From assembly GCA_001643675.2 (NCBI GenBank), contig LSRY02000068.1:62001-126000 (forward strand): a stretch of 64,000 bases of DNA. The letters run 5' to 3'. Shown here piece by piece: positions 34,901 through 45,134 of the stretch; position 1 is the first letter of the stretch; every line of letters begins with the position of its first letter. A program made the position numbers and the translations under genes. The notes below the pieces were generated by a model, which saw only the letters and a program-made list of their open reading frames with translations, made no database searches and was not told the origin of the DNA. The DNA is from Monocercomonoides exilis PA203. Taxonomy: Eukaryota; Protista; Preaxostyla.

Positions 34901-37900
34901 GAATACGCCCTCAAAACCAGCAGAAGAAGCAACCGACACTCAGATTCAGTCACAACCAGTGAGCACACCTGAGCAAGTGGCTGAAGACGAAAGTGAGTTG
35001 GAGAGCGATCTGTCCGAAGACAAGTACAACAGCGATGGCGTGCACATTGTAGGCACACCCGACTACATTGCCCCAGAGCTGATACAAGGCGGCGAGGCAG
35101 CGATGACATTTGCGCTGGACTGGTGGGCAGTGGGCATCATCTTCTTTGAGATGCTCACAGGAACAACGCCGTTCAATGCATACACGCGAGAAGAGGTGTT
35201 CCAGCGCATTCTGCACGACGAGCTCGACTTCAGCCTGCTTCCTGAGAACACATCTGAGGAAGCAGTCAGCCTGCTCACGGCGCTGCTGCAGAAGGACCCG
35301 ATGAAGAGGCTGGGCACACACGGCGGAGGAGACGAGATAAAAGCACACCCGTTCTTTGCAGGCATCGACTGGGACACGCTTTATGAGAGTGAGCCTGTGT
35401 TTGTGCCAGGATTTGAGAACGAGGAGGTGACAACAGAGTACTTTGACAATAGAGACACACGATTTCCAGTGTCTTCTATTGCGACGGAGGATGTGTCAGA
35501 GGACATCAAAGAGGCCAGGCTGAAGAGAGGGCACGAGATGTTTGAGCAGACGACGAAGGAGTGGAGAAGAAGGCAGCTGCTGTTGGCACGCCATCGGAGG
35601 AATCTGAGTGTGCTGGGAAGGACAAATGCACTGATTGCGTCGCCGTATGCAGCATTTGCACCGAATGGAGTGAGCACGCTGCATCATCTGAAGCAGTATC
35701 AGAGGCAGAAGCAGCTGCATCTGCTGGAGCTGAACCAGATGAATGCTCTTTTCAATGGGCTGGACAGAACACCCCAGCCGTTTCCTCCGCGGAGAACAGG
35801 GTCGGTCAGAGTGAACAATGCGATTCTGCCTCCGATTCCTGCATTTCAGAAGCAGAAGGGAGGGAGGAATGCGAAGGAGATGGAGAAAGAGAGAGAAAGA
35901 GAGAAGGAGAAGGAAAGAAGGAGAAAGGAGAGGGCAAGAAGGAAAGGGGAAAGACAGGAAGAACACGAAAGAAGCCACAGGAGAAAGAAAACAAGGGCAA
36001 AAGAGCATTCAGCCAAAGAAGGCAGAAAAGAAGAGAAAGAGAAAGAAGAAGTTGAAACTGGGGCGAAAAGGACGAAATCACAGAAGAAGCTGAAAGATGA
36101 CACGGGAACACACCATCATCGCCATCGACACAGTGAAAGCAGCAAAACAGCAAACAAACAAGAAAATCAGCCAAATGTTGAATTGGAAGAGCAGAATAGC
36201 AATCAGAACAAGCAGAGTATCAAAAACAAACAGGAAGATCAGTTGGAACAGGAAGGGAAGAAGAAAAAGCAGAATGAACAGAATTCAACAGAGCAAAGCT
36301 ATTCGAAAGAAAAAAGTTTGTCTATTCATCACTCAATCAGCAACGCCAACACAAACACAAATAGCAGAAGCAGCAGAAGCATCGGAGCAGATGAGTTAAC
36401 CATCACACAGCACACCTCTTCTGCCTCTGCCTCCTCATCTGCTTACACTCCTCTCCCTTCTCCCACCACTGAGACAACCATTTCTGTCTCCTCTGCCTCT
36501 TCCACTGCCTCTTCAGCCACCTCTTCCCCTTCTTCCACTGCTGCCAGCACAGCCTGCCTCTCTCCCCGCTCTCTCCGCAATTCTGCTGCATTCGCCTCTG
36601 CCCTCCAGCTTTCCCCTGTCCCCAACATGAACTGGAACGACCCTTCCCTCCAACAGCTGCTTGCTTCTCCTTCTCCCTCTCCTTCTCTTTCTGGAATGAC
36701 ACTCCCCAACGACTTCCCTTCGAAGTACTCTTCTTTTTCTCCTCTTCTCTTTTCTCTGCCGGGCGAGAGAAAAAGAGCAAAGACGGTGTCATATGCACTT
36801 CCTCCTCTGGATCAGCTGAGGCAGATGCTGCAATTGTCTCCTCCACTCCACACTTCCACTCCCAATCTGAATTCATCTTCTGCTCAACTATCAGACTCAT
36901 CTGCAGCAGCACAGCAGAATCAAAGAAATATCAATGAAGGAAAGGAAGGAAAAGAAGGAAATGTGAAAGATGCTGCAAAGAGAAGTGTATCTGAGATTAT
37001 TCCATCATCATCATCATCTTCTTCTTCTTCTCATTCACATCAGAATAACAATTCGAATGACTCTTCACTTCAATTCGACTCATTTCTCCCCACACAACCA
37101 CAAACAGACACAAATGTCCCCAATTCATCGTCCACTCACTCATCTTCCCCAACTGCCTCCACATCGTCCATCTCTGCCAAGTCATCTAATACTTCTTCTT
37201 CTTCTTCTTTATCTTCCACTTCCACTTCTTCCTCCTCCTCTTCTTCTTCCTTTGCCCCTTCTTCCCAGTCTGTCTCCTTCAGAGCCTCAATCTATGGCAA
37301 TCGCCATCGCTCGCAGACGATGAAGGACAAGTCAAGACAACAACTGCTCCCAATTGTGGAAGATGTGGCTGACATGCCATTCATCAGCACTCAAACAAGG
37401 GAGAAGCAGAGGGAGGGCAAAAGAGAAGGAGAGAATGGAGGAAATGGATTGACAATAGAAAAAGATGCAAATATTCAGCTTTCTTCTTCATCTGCTTCTT
37501 CTTCTGATAACAATAGCAACAGCAATAGCAATACCCCCTCATCTGAATGTGACATCTCCGCCAAAGCAGTTGTGGATGCTGACCAACACCTCCACATCGT
37601 TCCTTCTTTCTCTGAAGAGACCAGCCACCATTCAGATGCCCCCTCCTTCTCTCGCACCTCTTCTCTCTACACCCTCTCCTCCTACACCTCCATCAGTTCT
37701 TCCTGCTCCTCCACCTCTGGCTCTTCCTACTCCTCTTCTTATTCCTCTTCCTCCAGCGGCGAAAGCGAAGTGCCTGTCGATCCTTTGCTCCCGACCTCTC
37801 CTTCCTCTCTCCTCCGCTCCCTCTCCACGCACAACCTCTTCCCTTTCTCTGAAAGCCTTCCTCCTCGTGACATCGAGGCACAGCTCAAACAGTCGCTCTA

Positions 37901-40900
37901 TCGCCACCACAACCTCCACCCGCGCTTCAACCAGACGTCTTCCCCTTTCTCTTGTTCTTCTCCCTCTGAGTCTCAGCACAGCAGCGGTGACTCAGACAAC
38001 ATCATTGAGCCTTATTCTGCCACCTCATTCGACAGAGCAATCGGAATGGTCCCTCTCTCTGCTGACCATCGGTGGGACTTCGAATACGCCAAAAGCACAC
38101 AAACAACAACAGCTTTTGCTGCATCTTGTTTTGACCCTGTTCTGCCTTCTCCTTCAATCCCATTGAAATCAAAAGCAAATCAGACACAATCTTCGCAGAG
38201 GAGCAAGTCAACACAGCAGAACTCATCTCCTTCTCATTCTTCTTCTGGCACTTCTTCTTCCTCCTCTCCTTCTTCTTCTCCTTCTTCTCCTTCATCACAA
38301 AAGCAGTCATCCGACAGCTCATCCAGCCAGTCTATCTATCATCCATCTCCTCTTTCTCCTTCTCCTTCAACGAGAGATCCCTCTCTTCCTCCGCAATACT
38401 CTCCTCTCTCTAATCAACAACAACAACAGCAACAACAACAGCCAATGCCTGTGAATAGCACACGCACACACCGCCCCCACCGCTCGATGACTGTTGTTGG
38501 GCTGAGCAATCTTCTGCAAGAGTTCTACAGTGCAAAGGACAAAGACCTCTTCACACAGAGCATTCTTGGTCCTCCGATGAAGGAGGCAGAGGCAGGCACC
38601 TCACTCTTGTCAGACACAGAACTGGAGAGACTGGAAAGAGCACAGACGTTTCCAGAGCCAGCTGATTTGGGTGAGGATGAGCTGTCTATTGAGCATCCGC
38701 CTTCATTCACCGATCTGCCATCGCTCACTCAGCACAACTCGAAGGGGCCATTGACACCTCCACAGCAAGTGACACAATTGCAACACTATTATCATCGAAG
38801 GCATCATCATCATCATCATCACAGAACACGGAGAAATAAAGAGAAGGATGAGAATGTGGATGCAGTGGGTGAAGATGGAGAGGAGGAGGAAGAGGAGGAA
38901 GGTGAGGAAGGAGGAGAGGAGAAAGATGGAATTTCAAAGGTTGTGAAGAAGAAGAAGAGTGATTCGTTTGAACAAACAGAAGAGAAAGCGACAGTGAAGA
39001 AGCGAATCCATCGAAGAGAGCATCATCACCATGTTCGTGACAGCCCTGCACTTCGCAAAGCGGAATACACAAATGGTGATGTTTGTATTGATGGAAGTGG
39101 AAGAGAAAGAGGAGATGGAAGAGAAGAAGGAGATATCAGCATTGGAGGAGGAGGAGGAGGAGGAGAAGGATTCATCGACTCTGCCATTGCAGCGCCTGTG
39201 TCACATTCAGAAAAGCTGAAACTCGAAAAGGAGAGGCAGAACACACCAACACCCTTGTTCTCTCCTCTTTCACTGGAAGACTCATCTCCACAGAGTTTGG
39301 GAGCATCACAACAGCCATCAGACATTCCAGAGATCATCCAGCCAGACACAGTGGCTGACAAGATGAATGAGACATCCAATGCAGCTGGAGATAAAGTGGG
39401 TGCTTCAGGAACAGAAGAGATAGTGGAGATGCCTTCTGCAACAGACACACAACAGAACTATGCTCTTTTAGAGGGAAATCAACAAGCAAATGGAGATGTC
39501 TTCCACTCCACATTCATTGGCAGTGTGCAATCATCCTCTTCATTCACCAGCAGCTCCTCTGCGTCTTCTGCCTCTTCTGCCAACTACACTTCTCCTTTGT
39601 TTGACTCAGACAACTCATCTGGCTCTCCTCCTTCTCCTCCTCTTCTCCTCACCACTCAGCCAGACTCACCTCTTCCTGTGCTCAAACAGAACATGCAGTT
39701 CTCCTCCAGCCATTATCCTTCGTCTGCCAGACATTCACAGGAGACTGCAAAGACATTGGGATCGAATCCTTTCTCGGCAATCAAACTCGAAATCAGCTAT
39801 GACAAGTTCTCTCCTGCTGCTGTTGGATATTCATCATCTGCAAAATCTTCATCATCATCTTCTTCCTCTTCCTCTTCTTCTTCTTCTTCATCGCCATCGT
39901 CAATGCTGCCATCTTTCAGTCAGTTGGAGAGAGAGCAAAAGAAAGAGATGAGACGAATAGAACGAGAGAACAAAAAGAAAGAAAGAGCACAAAGAAAGAA
40001 AGAAGAGAAAGAACAGCAAAGACAGCAACGTCTGAATGCAAAGAAGGCAAAAAAAGAGCTGAGCATGTTGAGTGGGAAAACATCCTCTTTGCCACCACCA
40101 CCTTCTGATTCGTCTTCTCCTCGTTTCATCACGTTTCCCTCTTTGGCAGCAAAGAAAGTGCCTCCTGTTCCTCCTCCGCCTCTTCTGGATGAAAGCGGAT
40201 TTGCTTCTGGAAAGATAAAAGATTCCTTTTCAGACTCTGCTTCAAAGAAGAAGTCGCATTCAATTGCTTCTTCATCGTCATCGCAATCTTCTTCTTCTTC
40301 TGTCTCACCATTTCCTTCACCCTCTCCTTCTCCTTCTCCTTCTCCTTCTCCTTCTCCTTCTCCTTCCTCTTCCCCACCTCCATCTCCACCTCCCAGCCAG
40401 GTTGAAGCACCACCCAGAAGTGAAAGTGAAACAAAGATGGGAAAGAAGAGCTTGTGGATAGAAACGAAAGGAATCATCACTCGCTCACGATCAACCTCAG
40501 CTGCTGGAGCTAACACACAAACAACTCAAAAGAAAGACGACAGATTTTCATTGAAAATAACATCAAATAATAATAATAATAATAGCAACAAAGAGAGAAC
40601 AAGGTCATCCTTCTTCATCGACCGCCTGAAGCAGTCTCCACTGGCTGAGCAGAACACAACAAAGAAGGATCTCCAGCGATCAGCCACAACAACATCCATC
40701 ACATCCATCCACAGCACGCACGACGCTCCTCTTCCAGAGCTGCCATCACGTGCTATTTCTCCACTCGAATTTGAAGAAGCAGGAAATACAGCTACTCCAC
40801 TCTCTGGGCAGAACAACGAGGCACAACAAAATGAAGATAATAATGAAACAAGTGGTTCTGAAAAGTCAACTTTGAAACCTGATTCAGCGTCGTCAGCAAC

Positions 40901-43900
40901 AGCTGACAAACAGCCATCTCCGGACTTGAGTTCACCCTCACCTTCATTTTCATCAACATCATCTGCTTCTTCCTCTTCCTCATCTGATCCGTCCTCCTCC
41001 ATCAGCCACTTTGAGATTGTCGATATGAACAACATTACACCAAAGCCCACACGCGAACGTGCTCAATCACTCTTCTCATTCGGACAGCCGCTGAATAAAC
41101 AGAAGAGCAGCACAGCATTACGAGCATCACCATTTGCGCCAAAAAAGATGGCATCATCGACTGCAAAGACAATCGCAGATGGAGTTGCTAATGCAACATC
41201 CACACCAAGTGTACCTGCTGTGGCTGCAGTGACAACAACAAAGGCACCTGATCAGCAGAGCAAAACAGCATTGGAGCAGATACAGTCACAAACGTCTCAA
41301 CAGAACACATCCAAGGCTAACAACAATAAGCAGTCAAAGAACATCATCTTCTCTCCGCTCAAACGGCTTATGAGTGGAAGTGGAGATGAGAGCACGTCTG
41401 ACACTACATCTGGTTCAGGGAAGGAGTCACTCAAACAGAAGCAGGCGCAGAGAAGAAGGCTGTCTCTTTCCAAATCACCCACCCGATCAGTCAGAAGGAC
41501 GAGTCAGCGTTCTCAGTCGATTGAGAAAGGAACACTGAAAAGATCAACTTCTTATTCGAATCTGAAGTCGCTGAGGCAGATGAAGGCGAAGGGCAAAGCA
41601 CATCCGAAATTCAAAGGGAAATTGAAGGGGATGAAAGACGACAAAGCAACAGGAGATGCAAAGGCAGATGCGATGAAGCGATCGCTTTCATTCCTGCCGA
41701 AGAGAACAGGCACTGAATCTTCCATCACGCCACACAGGAACCCGAAAAGGAAGCATCAACACACAAATTCCTCTGCCTCATTCTTTTTGAACAATTCGTT
41801 TGATTCTACTTCTGCAACCTCTTCTGCTTCTGCTTCAGCGTCTGATTCAGGAAATAATCCTTCGGAGCAGAAATCAACGACCATCGAATCACTCAACTTG
41901 CTCTCATCAACACGCTCACCATCTTCACTCTCAAAGACAACTGCTTCAAACTCTTCACTCTCATCCCAGCAGAATGAGCAGAGCAAAACAGGCAATGAAG
42001 ACTCTGAGTTTGTCAGCAGCCTCAAAGCAAACAAGCAAAAGCAGCCGTTCCGGCCATCTCCTCTTTCAGTCTCATCATCACAGACAGTGAAGAATGACTC
42101 AAATGCTCCTTCCATTCCTGCCAAATCGAATCTGACTCATTCTCCTTCAGTCAGCTCTGCTTTCCCATCGATAACAGCAGCACCACAAAAGAAGATCATG
42201 CGCTCAACAACAATCGCACCCTGCAATTCGTTTCCTCATCCTCTGCCTGATGAAGACAGCTCTGATTCACCCTTTTCAAACATAATTGCTTCAGTCAGGC
42301 AGCCGTCTAAGATGACCAACCTGCCTGGAATACTTGAGAGGAGAAGAGCGCTGACAGAACAAAGAGACGCAGCGCCTTTGATAAGCCATGAGATTATGAA
42401 GCCATCTCGACTGAGGAACACACAGAATGAAGAGAGTGAAGACGAGGATGAAGAAGACGAAGAAGATGAGGATGAGGACGAAGATGAGGACGAGGAAGAA
42501 GAGGAAGAGGAAGATGAAGAATCAGATGAGACAACAGAAGAAGTGAATGAAGACACGGAATCTGACACATTTGGTAGCATTGATGGTGAGAAAGAATGTG
42601 CATCATTCGGAGACAAAGAAGAAGAGCTGAGCGATTTCCGCTTCTTCACCCAGTTAGATTCCTTTGCGCTTCCTCGTGCCTCTCCTGTCGCCAGCAGCAA
42701 GTGGTTTGCTCCAATGAATAGCAATCAACGAGAACCAGGTGTGCCTCTCCTGTCCAATCCATTCTCAAAGGCAACTGGTAGAGCTAATCTTGTGTCGCAG
42801 TCGATTCCTCTGTTTGGCATTCAAAGAGCAGCAGTGCGTCCTCCGATGATTGGGATGCGCCCTCAATTTGCACCAGTTGCGCCACTTCCTCTGACGAACC
42901 AGCAGTTTCAGAGACATCACTTGCAGAAGGAAGGGAATAATGGACAATCACAGTCTTCATTGTCAACAACACCAAAGTTCGGGCAGTCAACATCGCTGCA
43001 TGTGCCATCATCTGCAAGCAATGCAGAGTCACTGGCACATATTCAGAGGAGATTCCGCTCAGAGACAGCCACTGCTGTCCCAACGACGATATATCAGGGA
43101 GATTACTCAGACAAGTTTTCTCATTCAGTTCATTCAGGAAATGCTCTTGTTGGTTCATCCCAACAAAAATACAAAGGATATCCTATTAAGACTTCCGATG
43201 CATCCACTCTCAAAGGTAACACAAGCAACTCTGCAAAGACTGGCTCGTCTGCTCTGAACAGCCAACTTTCTCGTGATTCGTCTCAAGGAAGAAATCCACT
43301 TGTGTCTTCTGATAGTCAAGTGCGATTGAATTCACCAGCGACAACAGGAAGGATGGAGGATGCTGTACACGACGAGTCAACCATTCCCTCAGAAGATCCA
43401 ACCTTCTCCAAACGATATCCTTCTTCATCGTCTTCTGAATCAAACGAGCAAGAGCAGTCAAATGAAGACCAGACGTCTCCTCCCAGCCCGTTTTCTCCGC
43501 CTCCTCCGCTTTCTGAGATGGTCGGAAGCGAAGCAACAGAACAGCTTTCATTCGAAGTTGACACAGCGCCTGCTCCACCTCCGCCTCGGATGCATCGCAT
43601 CGATGCAGATCAGTCTATGACAAGTAAAGATAACAGGCAAACTAATAATTTGTATGATTCATCAGAATCAGCTGCTGTGACCAGATCTCAGTATCTTCAG
43701 CGTAGATACTCCACAGTTTCACCTCTCTTCCAGTTTACTGATGCATCTAACCTTTCTTCAACTTCATCATCATCCTCTTCCTCCTCATCCTCCTCTTCTT
43801 CTCCTTATCTTTCCTCCCAATCTGTAAGATTAACAGCTGTAAAACCTTCCACACCACCTTCATCACAGCAACCATTCACCACTCTGTCAAAAACTGTGCA

Positions 43901-44444
43901 GTCTTCCAGCTTTGACAAATCCTCCAATGTTTCACCTTTCATGCACTCTTCTTCTTCCTCTTCTTCTTCCTCTTCTTCTTCCTCTTCTTCTTCCTCTTCT
44001 TCTTCCACTGCTTCTTTGAGAAACTCCTCAATCAGTCTTCGCGCTATTCCCTTCAACCACACACCAGCCACATCATCACTTCTTGTGGACAACCCCAAGA
44101 AATCATCACACAACGTTTTGGGCAGACAAACGAGGTCAATGTCACTCTCTTTCTCACCTCATCAGATGCCTCCCTCATTTTCCTCTACTCTTCCTTCTCC
44201 TCAGCCTCCTCTGATATCTTCTCGAATTACTTTCAAGCATTCTCCTGCTCTTCAACCTTCAAGTTCTTCTTCTTCCTCTTCTTCCTCCTCCTCCTCATCA
44301 TCTTCTTCATCTTCTTCATTTTCCTCATCTGCCAAAAATGAGCGTTATCTGTCAATTAACCCCACATCGCCACCTTTTGTAGATTTTGCGACTGTGTCAT
44401 CTGTTCCAGTGAAACCCACGGGAAAAAATGTCACACGAAAATGA
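31983..44444 (+). CDS. 4153-aa AGC Ser/Thr kinase, MAST/Greatwall/Rim15/IRE-like, with split kinase domain and very long low-complexity tail
   Basis: DFEILKPITAGAYGRI, YAMKVL, HCDLKPDNLLI and LTDFGLS, then after about 810 aa VGTPDYIAPE, DWWAVGIIFFEMLTGTTPF and the AGC tail FVPGFENEEVTTEYFDNR (cf. MAST FIPQLESEDDTSYFDTR). Confidence 0.9.
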   Translation: MSQSKDNDQHWEFENEPKQNESLSTSRQNAKVEAQHQNIKQESVLPIFTLADFEILKPITAGAYGRILLVRPSRKLKSKSKQLYAMKVLKRSSITEAKVQKRLLLEYEILAKLSMEQADYIVRLACSFQTKGNFYLVMEFQPGGDLYSLLASFGCFDESVACQYLGEIVLAVDFLHKHNVIHCDLKPDNLLIGEDGHLRLTDFGLSTPAFLEMMDQKTNFESELQNEATHTYKGINEPNNETKLYEQSLSIHGNENSISNQTNEKSQEENNECSGVTFIKNLSFNSFVTLVDHPAQFLLHNGSPHPNAAGQGMDAKTTAESFSNSVSGKMAQESAVFVQTNDSASSSPAINLHSPTPTHSPSFAAASQPHLISPSSSPAPASPTPPPSFSPCSSHSSDQANGAASQAVSSSFESPMSSPFSSTSSSASSTSSSSSPSSSPSPSSSLSSGYTPSSTSATVTEASHTFQTPTLTLTLTAATAPLPPTSPPSTPLMSPPSLPLCSESSLQSSPLRTSHTAIIALSPHSDSRRSMSPPPELVKIADANTTLSASPADYRPMSPNASSSSSSASTSTNAASSLKSSHFSAINSGTSGSGAWAIKNMSHQPVSQSMNSSNGKLSSSIAALNHPNFVEFTFDSPAVDTPHSTRSAGSSAARHSRSRSRSPSPVSARNTQPSARHQRTGSAALSLSPPSDGHFASQFSSLSSCSSTQLPSSPSSPSPSPLSLSPSSSSSSALPSPLRQDKRLSQFTSSLQMSESCSQSSLSDTQSDTSEPPQPLETECSEEPFVALDEGKDRTASGKEQTTGQSTQQPFALHGEQGRGPSTGLSMQTASDGTGDKKLFECSQSGHVTSLLEVALMSDKNSSMSAAQSAHCIQSFDASSQNNTFSESQNMNLLSNNPDAAPILMVPESSSPSPVKTEEMPVKTKCLAENEGATEQNSPESDREKKTEEEKCSSSDGKTSTEGSNTSEIENTQNTPSKPAEEATDTQIQSQPVSTPEQVAEDESELESDLSEDKYNSDGVHIVGTPDYIAPELIQGGEAAMTFALDWWAVGIIFFEMLTGTTPFNAYTREEVFQRILHDELDFSLLPENTSEEAVSLLTALLQKDPMKRLGTHGGGDEIKAHPFFAGIDWDTLYESEPVFVPGFENEEVTTEYFDNRDTRFPVSSIATEDVSEDIKEARLKRGHEMFEQTTKEWRRRQLLLARHRRNLSVLGRTNALIASPYAAFAPNGVSTLHHLKQYQRQKQLHLLELNQMNALFNGLDRTPQPFPPRRTGSVRVNNAILPPIPAFQKQKGGRNAKEMEKEREREKEKERRRKERARRKGERQEEHERSHRRKKTRAKEHSAKEGRKEEKEKEEVETGAKRTKSQKKLKDDTGTHHHRHRHSESSKTANKQENQPNVELEEQNSNQNKQSIKNKQEDQLEQEGKKKKQNEQNSTEQSYSKEKSLSIHHSISNANTNTNSRSSRSIGADELTITQHTSSASASSSAYTPLPSPTTETTISVSSASSTASSATSSPSSTAASTACLSPRSLRNSAAFASALQLSPVPNMNWNDPSLQQLLASPSPSPSLSGMTLPNDFPSKYSSFSPLLFSLPGERKRAKTVSYALPPLDQLRQMLQLSPPLHTSTPNLNSSSAQLSDSSAAAQQNQRNINEGKEGKEGNVKDAAKRSVSEIIPSSSSSSSSSHSHQNNNSNDSSLQFDSFLPTQPQTDTNVPNSSSTHSSSPTASTSSISAKSSNTSSSSSLSSTSTSSSSSSSSFAPSSQSVSFRASIYGNRHRSQTMKDKSRQQLLPIVEDVADMPFISTQTREKQREGKREGENGGNGLTIEKDANIQLSSSSASSSDNNSNSNSNTPSSECDISAKAVVDADQHLHIVPSFSEETSHHSDAPSFSRTSSLYTLSSYTSISSSCSSTSGSSYSSSYSSSSSGESEVPVDPLLPTSPSSLLRSLSTHNLFPFSESLPPRDIEAQLKQSLYRHHNLHPRFNQTSSPFSCSSPSESQHSSGDSDNIIEPYSATSFDRAIGMVPLSADHRWDFEYAKSTQTTTAFAASCFDPVLPSPSIPLKSKANQTQSSQRSKSTQQNSSPSHSSSGTSSSSSPSSSPSSPSSQKQSSDSSSSQSIYHPSPLSPSPSTRDPSLPPQYSPLSNQQQQQQQQQPMPVNSTRTHRPHRSMTVVGLSNLLQEFYSAKDKDLFTQSILGPPMKEAEAGTSLLSDTELERLERAQTFPEPADLGEDELSIEHPPSFTDLPSLTQHNSKGPLTPPQQVTQLQHYYHRRHHHHHHHRTRRNKEKDENVDAVGEDGEEEEEEEGEEGGEEKDGISKVVKKKKSDSFEQTEEKATVKKRIHRREHHHHVRDSPALRKAEYTNGDVCIDGSGRERGDGREEGDISIGGGGGGGEGFIDSAIAAPVSHSEKLKLEKERQNTPTPLFSPLSLEDSSPQSLGASQQPSDIPEIIQPDTVADKMNETSNAAGDKVGASGTEEIVEMPSATDTQQNYALLEGNQQANGDVFHSTFIGSVQSSSSFTSSSSASSASSANYTSPLFDSDNSSGSPPSPPLLLTTQPDSPLPVLKQNMQFSSSHYPSSARHSQETAKTLGSNPFSAIKLEISYDKFSPAAVGYSSSAKSSSSSSSSSSSSSSSSPSSMLPSFSQLEREQKKEMRRIERENKKKERAQRKKEEKEQQRQQRLNAKKAKKELSMLSGKTSSLPPPPSDSSSPRFITFPSLAAKKVPPVPPPPLLDESGFASGKIKDSFSDSASKKKSHSIASSSSSQSSSSSVSPFPSPSPSPSPSPSPSPSPSSSPPPSPPPSQVEAPPRSESETKMGKKSLWIETKGIITRSRSTSAAGANTQTTQKKDDRFSLKITSNNNNNNSNKERTRSSFFIDRLKQSPLAEQNTTKKDLQRSATTTSITSIHSTHDAPLPELPSRAISPLEFEEAGNTATPLSGQNNEAQQNEDNNETSGSEKSTLKPDSASSATADKQPSPDLSSPSPSFSSTSSASSSSSSDPSSSISHFEIVDMNNITPKPTRERAQSLFSFGQPLNKQKSSTALRASPFAPKKMASSTAKTIADGVANATSTPSVPAVAAVTTTKAPDQQSKTALEQIQSQTSQQNTSKANNNKQSKNIIFSPLKRLMSGSGDESTSDTTSGSGKESLKQKQAQRRRLSLSKSPTRSVRRTSQRSQSIEKGTLKRSTSYSNLKSLRQMKAKGKAHPKFKGKLKGMKDDKATGDAKADAMKRSLSFLPKRTGTESSITPHRNPKRKHQHTNSSASFFLNNSFDSTSATSSASASASDSGNNPSEQKSTTIESLNLLSSTRSPSSLSKTTASNSSLSSQQNEQSKTGNEDSEFVSSLKANKQKQPFRPSPLSVSSSQTVKNDSNAPSIPAKSNLTHSPSVSSAFPSITAAPQKKIMRSTTIAPCNSFPHPLPDEDSSDSPFSNIIASVRQPSKMTNLPGILERRRALTEQRDAAPLISHEIMKPSRLRNTQNEESEDEDEEDEEDEDEDEDEDEEEEEEEDEESDETTEEVNEDTESDTFGSIDGEKECASFGDKEEELSDFRFFTQLDSFALPRASPVASSKWFAPMNSNQREPGVPLLSNPFSKATGRANLVSQSIPLFGIQRAAVRPPMIGMRPQFAPVAPLPLTNQQFQRHHLQKEGNNGQSQSSLSTTPKFGQSTSLHVPSSASNAESLAHIQRRFRSETATAVPTTIYQGDYSDKFSHSVHSGNALVGSSQQKYKGYPIKTSDASTLKGNTSNSAKTGSSALNSQLSRDSSQGRNPLVSSDSQVRLNSPATTGRMEDAVHDESTIPSEDPTFSKRYPSSSSSESNEQEQSNEDQTSPPSPFSPPPPLSEMVGSEATEQLSFEVDTAPAPPPPRMHRIDADQSMTSKDNRQTNNLYDSSESAAVTRSQYLQRRYSTVSPLFQFTDASNLSSTSSSSSSSSSSSSSPYLSSQSVRLTAVKPSTPPSSQQPFTTLSKTVQSSSFDKSSNVSPFMHSSSSSSSSSSSSSSSSSSSSTASLRNSSISLRAIPFNHTPATSSLLVDNPKKSSHNVLGRQTRSMSLSFSPHQMPPSFSSTLPSPQPPLISSRITFKHSPALQPSSSSSSSSSSSSSSSSSSSSFSSSAKNERYLSINPTSPPFVDFATVSSVPVKPTGKNVTRK

Positions 44445-45134
44445 TGCAGTTTAGAAAAGAAAGCGAAATCCTGAATTGTTTTGATATTAGAATTATTGTT
44501 TTATGAGTTTTTTTCTGTTAATGCTAATGAAATATTTTCGGAAATTCTAACTTTGAGATTTTGTTTTTTCTTGATTATTACAAAAGGTATTTGAAGAGGT
44601 AAGGTTTTCTTTTCATTTCTTCTTCGTTTGCTTTTTTATTTTATTTTATTTGATTTTATTTAAAATTTATTTTCATTTTTATTTATTTGATTATTAATTG
44701 CGTTATGCTTTTCTGTGGGACAACGGCGATTGCGTCCATTTGTTTAAGGCTTCACTCCTATTTTTTTAAAATACAAACAAAAAAACATATGTTTTACACT
44801 AACCTTATTCACCATTATTCAATCTATCCACAACTTTTTTTATTGGAAAATAAACGAAATGGATCTCAAACACAGGAATTAAAATCAAAGCACATGAATA
44901 CAAAAAAGAATAGAAATAATCTAACTATCAATTTGTGCTCATGGGGGGAAGAAAATATCAAAAACACAGATTTATATGAAATGCTTAAATATTAAGATAC
45001 AAATAATACATAATATTGTACAGTTAACATCATTTCGATTAAAAATTATTGGGAAAAAAAAGATTTCAGAGTTAATTTGTTCAAAATTTGCTTTTCTGCA
45101 AACAATCTACTTTAGTTTCATCAAACTCTGCTGT

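Noticed and set aside
32600-35040. Kinase (and phosphatase) inserts as inteins or large introns
   Set aside because: No intein splicing motifs or homing endonuclease are visible. The inserts are stop-free, low-complexity and coding-like, unlike the short AT-rich introns in this window.
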